64,000 bases of DNA from Octopus vulgaris (lineage: Eukaryota), in NCBI GenBank assembly GCA_951406725.2, contig OX597823.1, positions 84,940,001 to 85,004,000 on the forward strand, written 5' to 3'. The notes under the pieces are model-generated. The model searched no databases and was not told where the DNA came from. It was given only the letters and a program-made list of their open reading frames with translations. A program made the translations under genes and the position numbers. Shown here piece after piece: positions 53,980 to 64,000 of the stretch (position 1 is its first letter; each line of letters begins with the position of its first letter).

Positions 53980-54529
53980 TATGTACATATATGTATATAC
54001 ACATATATGTTGGCACGTATGTACGCATATATATATTTATATATATATATATAACTATATTTATATATGTGTATGTGTGTGTGTATGTATGTCGAATAAG
54101 AGAGACAGTTGCATGCATATACACACATACACATTCATGCATATAGGCAAGTAAATATATATGCAAGTGCGTGAAAGTGTGTGTGTGTGTGTGAGTGTTG
54201 GTTCATGCGTGTGCTTCCATATGGGCGGGCTAGGAGGCTGGCCTGTGTGCACACATCTACGCACATAAGCGTCCGTATTGTATTTATATATTAATATTTT
54301 TCCTATATTACATTTACTGATCTCTTGACATTGCTAAAGGAGAATAAGTAATAGACTTTCAGTGAATCGTTATGGAACATATATCTTTAGAATTATATAT
54401 AGCTTATTGTCATGGCATATTTATAACTGCATTTCTTCTATCCTTATTGTTACATATTTAATGGTGTTTATGTTCAAAACACTTGACATGTCATTGTTCC
54501 TTGTAAGTGTTGCGATATGCTGTTCTTCA

Positions 54530-54580
<51 letters not shown>

Positions 54581-54875
54581 TATATATATATATTTATATA
54601 TATATATAAACACACACATATGTAGATATATATATATATGTATGATATTGTAAACAATTTGTTGTACGGAGCAGAGCGGTGAATATAAATCCAAAAACTC
54701 TTTACTTTATTTATGTTTCAATTACTTAGGTTTCTTTTATTTCAAATACATCTGCAATATGTTTTCTTTCAATGAGATTTTCTTATTGTAATGTTTTTCT
54801 TTTGTTTAAGAGGAAAAAAATATTGTGAGACGTATTAGGAAAAAAACAATCGAACTAGCTGCGATAATATATATC

Positions 54876-54915
<40 letters not shown>

Positions 54916-54946
54916 TTACATATATATATATATATATATATATATG

Positions 54947-54994
<48 letters not shown>

Positions 54995-55189
54995 CATTTA
55001 TTTAGATGTATATATACTTATGGATATGTAAATATTTGTAACTATATATATGCGCATATATATGTATCTATCTATATATATATATACATATATCTATATA
55101 ATTAATATAATATATATATATATGTATATACATATATGCGTGTAGATAGATTTGCCTATATACATACATATATATATATATAGATGTAT

Positions 55190-55240
<51 letters not shown>

Positions 55241-55259
55241 TATACATAGATTTGCTTTT

Positions 55260-55291
<32 letters not shown>

Positions 55292-55675
55292 GTACTGACG
55301 AACACACCAACGAAAAAAAAATACACAAAGTAAGATGAAAATTATCATACGATACACACCTAATCAAGTGTTTAATGCGGAATGTCGGCTATTATGGGCT
55401 TATTCATTAAGTTTTCTTCCATTTGCAAATGTGGTGAAACTGAAGAACAACAAATAATGTGTTTTGTTTTAGAGTTTTTCTTTTGTTGTTATTGTAATTT
55501 TGTTTTTGTCGTGTGACAATAAGAAGATATGGCATATATATATAATACATACATGGCTCTGTCGTATGCATTAACAGCTTAAACGGTGTACGATTTTCAA
55601 TACGGAATGGAAACTATTTCGACAATTATTCTTCGTATCAGAATCGTATGTGTGTTACTAAACTATCTTACAGAA

Positions 55676-55830
55676 CATTAATTCCCAACCTTTTCACTAC
55701 GAAGGATCACTTTTACTATATACTTATCTTCATGTATATATATGAAATTTTTAATTTAGTTCTTTGGTCCCCCCCAAGAACTAAATTGTGGACCACCAGA
55801 CGTCCGCGGATCACAGTTTAGGAACCACTG
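55676..55830. mobile_element. hAT (Charlie-like) MITE with 8-bp TSD
   Basis: TSD ttacagaa at 55668-55675 and 55831-55838; termini cattaattcccaacc / gtttaggaaccactg; internal hairpin aatttagttctt..aagaactaaatt. Confidence 0.8.
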
Positions 55831-56990
55831 TTACAGAATATATTGAGCTATCGACGCATGATATGTTTGGTGGTGGTGGTGTTGGAGAGGGGTGATTGTG
55901 GTGGATCTCCCTTGTACGACGATAAGAATTGAGATTTCTTCGTCTTAAATCTTTGACTTGTTTCAGGCATTAGAACGTGGCCATGGTAGGGTACCTCCTT
56001 GCAGATTTTTAAGCTGAATGAATTGAATCCAGTACCTTTCTTTTCCTTAAAGCCTGGTACTAGTCCTAACGGATGTTTTTCCTAAGTTATGGCGACGTAA
56101 ACATACCAACGCTGGCTGTCAATTGTTGGCGAGGGACAAACACAAACACGAAGACATATGCACGCACGCAGATAGACACACGCACGCACATCTATATATA
56201 TATATATATATATACTAAGAGATTCTTTCAGTTTCCGTCCACCGAGTCCACTCACATGGCTTTAGTTGGCCCGTGGTTATAGGAGAAGACATGTCCTGGT
56301 ATTCCACAGTCAGACGTACTCTTAAGAGTTTGACAAAAGCTGTTGCGAAAAGAGAAGCCTATGAGTAAATAGCATCGAGTTTTGAGTTCATCTTCAAATG
56401 CTAGGTTGCCATCGTATAAAACAACACCTATTCAATAGTTAGAGCGATAACCCACCAGTCAAAACCATTAAAAATACCCCGTTTGGTCAGTCAAAGTTGT
56501 GTCTTTTTTGTCCCCTATGGATTTTTGAACCACTCATACGGAAAATAGAGTCTTTGAATGGCATTCGGTGCAACCTGGGATACAGATGGTCCGTAACGAC
56601 ACATGCGGACAACTTCACAGCAAATATCTGACGTGAACCAAATCAAAGTGATTGCCAACGAAGCAATAACAGGAGCCAAAATTAATAAGGGAAGTTGATA
56701 CGCTGGATATGAGGGAAAAATTAAATAATTAAAGGGGAATGTGAAAATACATTGCGAAGTATATATCATAAATAAATTGCTATACAGAATTAACGTTTTA
56801 TTATTAAATTTTGAACTTTATGTCATGTCGCTTGCCGACAGGTTTATTGAGAGGAGATAGAATATGAATGTTTGTAGTAGCTTTTTGGTGGTTTTAACTA
56901 GTATTTCTAGACATGTAAGGATTTTTGCAACCCTCTCGACTATAATTGTGATTTGTTCATAATTATACACACTTTTAGTATATATATATG

Positions 56991-57043
<53 letters not shown>

Positions 57044-57048
57044 TTATG

Positions 57049-57087
<39 letters not shown>

Positions 57088-57249
57088 CAGAAAAAAATGG
57101 ATTTGGTACGAATTTTTTGTGCTGAATAAAGACTCGTACTAAGTTCATCTCTTCCGTTTCCTTTATCAATTATAAGCTCAACAAACGTTACGGATTTACC
57201 GACGTAAATCCAGTGGAGATGTATGGTATATACATACATACATACATAT

Positions 57250-57331
<82 letters not shown>

Positions 57332-57754
57332 ATATATATTTTGAAGTGCAAAAACACACACAAACACACGCATAAATACAATATTTTACTTGTTCCAGTT
57401 ATTGGATTGCTGCCATGCTGGAGCATTACGTATAGAAGAAGCTAAGTCGAAGAAATCGATCCCTGTATTCATTCTGTCGGTCTTTTATGCCAGACCCCGA
57501 CTCTAGGGGAAGTAAACAAACCAGCATCGGAAGCGAAGTGGTAGTGGGCGACAATCACAGACAGATGCACCGATATATATACACACATGCACACATACAT
57601 GTATACATATATATATGCAGATGTGTGTGTATAAAATATCCACCAATAAATTGTTGAACACTCATTTTTATTGTTCGACATTGACATATTAATGCTTCCG
57701 GTGTTGGCAAACACCGGATAAACACTAAACACGAACAGACGATTAAATCAAACT

Positions 57755-58089
57755 ATGGAAAAACACGAAATAAGAACATTACCGAAGAACATTCCCATAC
57801 CACCCGAGGAGATTGAAACAGGAAGTCTTTTCTTCGATAATGGTACATGCAGCCCTCATTTGGAGGACAGTTTCGGCTTTAGGTCTTACAAATTCCACCG
57901 CATATTTAAGATCTAGAAAAATTTGAAGACGATCTTATAAGATTGTAAAATTTAATCATAAATCTTATAAAATGTCAAATTTAACTATAAATCCAACAAC
58001 TTTCAACATAAACTACAAACATACCCCGAACTACAATTAGTACTAACCGTAAAGTAGTCAATTTTCTAGATATTAACATGAATTTTATA
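57755..58089 (+). pseudogene. Internally deleted Penelope-like element ORF (N-terminus fused to an RT C-terminal motif)
   Basis: MEKHEIRTLPKNIPIP..FGFRS..DLEKFEDDLI..VKF..NFQHKL, then KVVNFLDINMN. Confidence 0.65.
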
Positions 58090-58091
58090 TA

Positions 58092-58343
58092 CAGGGTTGG
58101 CTAAAGACCGCCTGACAGTAAATCGAATTCCATTCAATTTCAAGATTAAAACAAAAAAATGTTTTATCTGAGACTTGGTTAATAAATAGACAAATGTTGA
58201 AAAAAAAAAGAAAGAAAGAAACGGTGATTTTAACTCATAGCATTCAATTATTAAACGTTTATAATTGGAATGAATAAATAAAATTGAATATTAGGTATTT
58301 ATGGAATTTTGATTTGCTGTCGAGTGACTTTTGGCCAACCCTG
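58092..58343. mobile_element. Tc1/mariner-type MITE (252 bp)
   Basis: TA-CAGGGTTGGCTAAAG ... CTTTTGGCCAACCCTG-TA; imperfect TIRs extending about 50 bp. Confidence 0.88.
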
Positions 58344-58521
58344 TATATACAAAGGGCTGCCACACAGGTTTCTTTCTTGATATTCACTCGAAAGACATTC
58401 TTTGCCCAGGGCGTTTTACCAGGAGGCATTTAGCCAATATGTCACGCAGTGGGGCTGAACCCAAAGCCACATAGTCCCAAAGCAAGCTTTTTAACCTCAC
58501 AGCCATCCCTGGGGGTAGTGT

Positions 58522-58762
58522 GCTTCCTTTTGGAGCCATGCCTGGCTCATAAGGGCCGGTTTTCCGGTTTCAGTGGCGTAGAAATTCCCCACCTGGACGG
58601 GACGCTGGTCCGTCGCAGGATTAGTCATTTTTGCCAGCTGAGAGGACTGAAGCAACGTGAAATGAAGTGTTTTGCTCAAGAACACAACGCATCACACGGT
58701 CCAGGAATCGAAACCACAACCTTACGATCCAACACCCTAACCACTAAGCCACGCGCCTCCAC
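58522..58762 (-). mobile_element. SINE family D head with V-like tail
   Basis: Head matches 33890-34015; tail matches 63100-63195 and 9120-9213. Confidence 0.85.
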
Positions 58763-58888
58763 TTCCTGGAGGTAAGGGAATGAAAATTTGTCTCTTGATC
58801 GGTGAAATGAAGAGACTCTACCCTTTACATTCAAAGCCAACTGGATACTCGTAACACTCCCATTAGGTACCTTTCAATATCTGAATGC

Positions 58889-59206
58889 CGTGAAAGCATT
58901 TGGCATAAGGATTAGGGTATTCGGATCATGATCGTAAGGTCGCATGTGCGATTTCCGGCGTCCTTGATCAAAACACTTGATTCCATGTTGCTCATGTCCC
59001 CTCAACTGCCAATAACAAATAGTAGTACATGTATATCTGAGGAGCAACCATATTACATCTGTGTTGCTCTGAAACTCCCTGCGATCTACATTAACGGTAC
59101 ACATGTCAGTGGACTACTCAGCTATTTGTACGTTATTTTCCCGAGCAGGCTGCTGCCGATCGGATCAGATGGAACCCTCGATGTCGTAACCAACGGAGTA
59201 CCAGTT
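58889..59206 (+). mobile_element. SINE family D, diverged, 12-bp TSD
   Basis: TSD atatctgaatgc at 58877-58888 and 59207-59218. Confidence 0.85.
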
Positions 59207-59497
59207 ATATCTGAATGCATTTCTTTTGCCTCCTTTCGACCTTTTTCTATTTATGCACCAATATTTTACCGACCATTTATTAGTTTCTACGTTCTGCATT
59301 CATGTGACACGGCCAGAACAACGAGCATTCTTTCCTTTGTTATGTCCATACAAATTCTCTCAACACTTCCTCTTCTATCGCCATATTCTCAGCGACATTC
59401 GCTGCATATTCTGCTGCCTTGCTCTTTCACCGTTAATGTTACTCTTATATGGTTCGTTGTTTATTTTAATATTTTTGGTATTGATGACGTGGCCAAC

Positions 59498-59810
59498 GGT
59501 GCAATGGCCCAGTGGTTAGGGCAACGGATTCGCGGTCGTAAGAACGCGATTTCGATTCCCAGACCGGGCATTATTAGTGTTTAGTGAGCAAAAACATCTA
59601 AGCTCCACGATGCTCCGGCAGGGGGTGGGTGCAATGGCCCAGTGGTGAGAGCAGCGGACTGGTGGTCGTAAGAACGTGGTTTCGATTCCCAGACCAAGCA
59701 TTGCGAGTGTTTATTGAGCAAAAACACCTAAGCTCCACGAGGCTCCGGCAGAAGGTGGTGAACCCCGCTGTACTCTTTCACCACAACTTTTTCTCACTCT
59801 TTCTTCCTAC
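59498..59810 (+). mobile_element. SINE family C with tandemly duplicated tRNA head
   Basis: ggtgcaatggcccagtgg occurs at about 59498 and again at about 59628. Confidence 0.85.
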
Positions 59811-60096
59811 TTCTGCCACAAAGCAGAGGAACCATGGTGTAACTCACTATGGTGTAGTAAACTTTTAGATCCTAGTCTAAATTGCGAATCTTCTGTACCC
59901 CAGGATGGGTCAGCTCTCCACCCGTTAAAAGCTACCGTTTACGGAATGAGGATAACAACATAGCTTTGGCGCCCGTGCAACCGCCAGTCTATCGCGTGTG
60001 GTGAGTGGATCTTCAAGTTGCCAAACGCTTTCTTAGCAGCTTAGAGTAGGCCCGAATTAGAGAATATTCTTGTGGCTAATGGCGTGAGTCCTGATT

Positions 60097-60840
60097 GGAA
60101 GAAGAAGAAGAAGAGAAAGAAGAAGGAGTAGGAGGAGGAGGAGGAAGGGGAGGAGGTAGAAGAGAAGGAGAAGAAGAAGAAGAAGAAGTAGGAGGAGGGG
60201 AGGAAGGGGAGGAAGTAGAAGAGAAGAAGAAGGGGAAGGAGGAGGAAAGTGGAGGAGGTAGAAGAGAAGAAGGAGGAGGAGGAGGAGGAAAGTGGAGGAG
60301 GTAGAAGAGAAGAAGAAGAATGAGGAGGAGGAAAGTGGAGGAGGTAGAAGAGAAGAAGAAGAAGGAGGAGGAGGAGGAGGAGGTAGAAGAGAAGAAGAAG
60401 AAGGAGGAGGAGGAGGAGGAAGAAGAGTAGAAGAAAAAGAAGAAGAAGAAGAAGAAGAAGAAACTGAGGTTCTGCTGATGGTGATTGAGACTGGTTCCAT
60501 AATTTTCAATTATTGATTTATTACTGATTGTTATTGCTGTTGTTGTTGTTGCTGTTTTCTTTTTTTCGATTTTGTTATTGTTTTGTTGATGTTGTTTCTC
60601 TTTGGTATATTGTTGTTGCCACCGTCTTTGTTGTTTTTATTGCTGTTACTGCTGCAACTCCTCCCTCCTGCGCTCTTCCTCCAACCCCACCTTCTCTTCT
60701 GGTCTTACACCTCCTCCGCTTCCTCATCCTCTACCACCTTCTCCGTATCCTCCGTCTCCGTCTCCTGCTCCGCTTCCTCCTTCTGCTGCTGCTACTACTA
60801 CTATTACTACTACTACTACTACAACTATTGCTGCTGTTGA

Positions 60841-60871
<31 letters not shown>

Positions 60872-60881
60872 GCTGCTGCTG

Positions 60882-60936
<55 letters not shown>

Positions 60937-60944
60937 CACTGCTG

Positions 60945-60984
<40 letters not shown>

Positions 60985-61075
60985 CACTGCTGCTGCTGCT
61001 GCTGCTGCTGCCACTATTACAACCTCTATTACAACTACTCCCACTGTTGCTGCTGTTGCTGTTCGCACTGCCTTC
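60097..61075. repeat. GAA/GGA higher-order repeat followed by TTG, TCC and CTA/CTG tracts
   Basis: Recurring ggaggaggtagaagagaagaag unit; (CTA)n at 60790-60975. Confidence 0.9.
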
Positions 61076-62279
61076 CATCGCTGCGTTTGTGTTTTTTTAC
61101 AGGTGATAGTAAAAGTCAAAATCTCCCACCCCACAAAAAGGAGACATACTCCTTGCTCATAAGACCATGGACAGTGAGGCTTTAAATGCGAAATTCAACC
61201 CATCATTAAAACCATCCATTCAATTCAATTCTACTTGACTGAAGGACATTATTACCACAATGTTTTAATTTAACGAAAAATTCGATATTTTGTTTTCGTC
61301 TTTTATCAAAATTATAGAACAAAAGAGTTCTCAAAACAAAAGAGAAGCCAGTTGTTTTCGGATCGTGGGTGGACCCGAAACAGAATAGAAAAAATATTCG
61401 ATGATTACAAAATCCAGAAATTGCTAAACAAACACCAGTTAAACCTATAGAGTGAAGCGAAACACATTTGAACAGGTCAAAATAATTTTCCTGTGTTAGG
61501 CAGAAGGACAAATATTCAGTAAGAAGAAACAGGGGTCGGCGAACCGGGGTAAATTACCCCGAGTGGGGGGAAAAAAATGAAATTCTTGGGAGTAATGGGG
61601 CCTCGTAAGACATAAGAAAATTATATAAAAATGTGTTCCTTGTTACCGACTGCAATTTTTCTTCTGGCAACACTGCATCTGTCCTATGTATTGTATATGT
61701 AAACAGATTCATATAAATAGATTCAATAAAACTTTTCATTTCAAAGAATTTATGATTTTCTTCCTTTCAAATCAAAGGGGTAAAGTCGGTATAAATATAT
61801 ATATTTTGGTGTAATTGGTTTAAAATGTTCCCCGATCCCTGCTCTGTACTATAAAACACAGTGCTTGTCTCCCACATAATTCTATCGACCTCGAAATAGT
61901 GGCAGACAAAGGGGTTGGGTTTATAAGATTTGAACACAGAATACAGAAAGCTGGAACGAAATACCGCAAAGCATGTTTTCTAACGATGTAACAATTTTAC
62001 CATATTGCTGCCTTAAACAAGGGAGATAACCGGAACGAATAAGACAAGATATTTTATCGAACGCTCTAACTATACCATCACCCTTCGTAATATTATGAAT
62101 AATAACATTTGCAGTTTTACTTCAGGTACATGGACAATAATTTTAAGTAGAAGGGATTAATCAATATCATCCACTCCATTATTAGAACGGAACTGTTTTA
62201 TCGACCAATGAAGAATAAAGGCAGTGCGAACAGCACCAGTGGGAGTAGTAGTAATAGAGGTTGTAATAGCGGCAGTAGC

Positions 62280-62374
<95 letters not shown>

Positions 62375-62381
62375 ATTATTA

Positions 62382-62455
<74 letters not shown>

Positions 62456-62789
62456 TGTAGTAGCAGTAGCTGGAACAAATGACATGAAGCAATTTTTCTG
62501 ACGCTCCAAAGGGTCTTCCTGGCCACCCTCTGAAATAATTGTATCTATTTTAGGCACAAGGCCGACAGATTTGAAAGTTGGCGGTAAGTCGATACCATCA
62601 CCACCTTACAGTAACTTGAATATTAATTTCTTAACCCCCACCCTCCACCCGAGATTATGAAAGCAAAATCGACTTCTTTGGGATTTGGAGGCAGAACCTA
62701 AGACCGGACATTTTAACGATTCTGCCAATCTATTGACACATTCTCAAAAAAAAAAAAAAAAAAAAAAAAAAACAAACAAAAAATTAATA

Positions 62790-63008
62790 ATGATGTTGAT
62801 TTCAGATTTAGGCACGAGGCAACAAATTCAGTGAGGAGAGTAAGTCGATTACATCGACTCCAGTGCTCAACAGGTACTTATTTTGTCGACCTCGAGACAT
62901 GAAATTAAAGTTGCCCTCGTCGGAATTTGAACTCAGAACGCAGGGACAGACGAAATGACGCTAAGTATTTTGCCGAGCGCGGCAACGATTCTGTCAGCTC
63001 GCCACCTT
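62790..63008 (-). mobile_element. SINE family A (degenerate copies also at 61880-62015 and 62540-62735)
   Basis: ggaatttgaactcagaacg...aacgattctgtcagctcgccacc. Confidence 0.8.
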
Positions 63009-63031
63009 ACTACTACTACTACTACAACTAT

Positions 63032-63078
<47 letters not shown>

Positions 63079-63094
63079 ATAATAATAATAATGT

Positions 63095-63392
63095 TTGTCC
63101 CTTCTCGAGCCATGCCTGGCTCATAGGGCCGGTTTCCAGGTTTCCTTGTCATATAGGTTCCCCACCTGGACGGAACGCCAGTTCGTTGCAGGTGAGCTGC
63201 AAGATGCAGGAGAAAAGAGTGAGAGAAAGATGTGGCGAAAGTGTCAGCAGAAGTTCGCCATTACCTTCTGCCGGAGCCGCGTGGAGCTTAGGTGATTCAC
63301 TCATAAACACACACATCGCCCGGTCTGAGATTCGAACCCGCGATCCCTTGACCGCGAGTCCGCTGCCCTAACGACTAGGCCATGTTCCTCCA
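63095..63392 (-). mobile_element. SINE family C variant with V-like tail
   Basis: gaccgcgagtccgctgccctaac head; gagccatgcctggctcatagggccgg tail. Confidence 0.85.
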
Positions 63393-63403
63393 CAATAATA
63401 ATG

Positions 63404-63450
<47 letters not shown>

Positions 63451-63453
<3 letters not shown>

Positions 63454-64000
63454 GTCGACAGAGTGGATGGAGCCATTTCCTATATCACAAACGAATACCC
63501 TAGACTTGCCCAAAACCATTACAGGTTGTGGCGACACGCCCTGGTAGTGAAAATGCTACTTTGGAAACTGTGTGAAATGTGGGGGCTGGAGAGCGGCAAG
63601 ACGTGGTGTGAGCAGAAATCGCAGAGATTGGCGGAGTCAGGGACGAGAAAATCCTCTGGGATTTTCCAATCTAAATCGATCAGGTGCTACAGCATAACCG
63701 GCCGGATATGATTGTGGAAAGATGCACCACATATGGTATATAGCTGATGTTTCATGCCCCTTTGACCCACGAATAGTCAAGAAGGAAGGCGAAAAGATAA
63801 ATAAATACAACTCTCTTAACTACGAAATAACCTGGCAATGGAAAATGAAGAAAGTGAAGATATTGCCATTTATTTTTCGGTCCTTGGTGAAAGTATCAGA
63901 AAGCATGAAGGAGAGTATAAAGGAAATTGAAATAGAGTGCCCAGTTGAGCTTACAAAAGGTTTGCCCCCTTAGCACAGCCAGAATAATCATGGAAGTATT
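63451..64000 (+). mobile_element. Dong/R4-clade retrotransposon 3' fragment (zinc-finger/RLE region)
   Basis: LAQNHYRLWRH..LWKLC..ILWDF..HNRPD..DVSCPFD..EKINKY; starts immediately after (AAT)n at 63393-63450. Confidence 0.85.

Noticed and set aside
55294-55325. CTGACGA...GAAA (also CTGAAGA at 1616, about 28463 and 54524 minus)
   Set aside because: No pairing stem II or stem III; not counted as hammerheads
56826-56945. Possible decayed hammerhead (gagagg/cctctc stem followed by AAACCUGUC on the minus strand)
   Set aside because: Both core motifs are mutated; too degenerate to call
60528-61162. Mucin-like Pro/Thr-rich ORF and poly-Leu/Ser ORFs
   Set aside because: Trinucleotide repeats open in almost all frames; no real start or domain
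61103-61173. Plus-strand exon candidate (DSKSQNLPPHKKETYSLLIRPWT)
   Set aside because: Weak donor, no recognisable homology, no partner exons

Overview
AT-rich, microsatellite-dense eukaryotic DNA, either intronic or intergenic. The SINE repertoire suggests an octopus (inference; it resembles the published octopus tRNA-derived OK/OR1/OR2 families). No complete protein-coding gene can be supported: most ORFs in the track are translations of (TA)n/(CA)n/(TATG)n/trinucleotide repeats or of SINEs. The window holds dozens of copies of four tRNA-headed SINE families (labelled A-D here), several with target-site duplications (TSDs). It also holds decayed LINE fragments (two Dong/R4-like next to TAA repeats, CR1-like, RTE-like, a Tx1/L1-like ORF1, a Penelope-like ORF) and DNA transposon derivatives (piggyBac-type, hAT, Tc1/mariner MITEs, a mariner transposase fragment). 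The most interesting signal is a set of short elements lodged in TA microsatellites, often as foldbacks, that carry hammerhead-ribozyme cores (9.8 kb, 23.2 kb, 52.1 kb, plus a truncated one at 48.6 kb), consistent with Penelope-like pLTRs or retrozymes. A cluster of minus-strand splice donors and candidate first exons at 16.8-23.9 kb, plus a microexon or recursive splice site at 2.55 kb, hints at the 5' end of a large minus-strand host gene (low confidence). All coordinates and pairings were read by eye.
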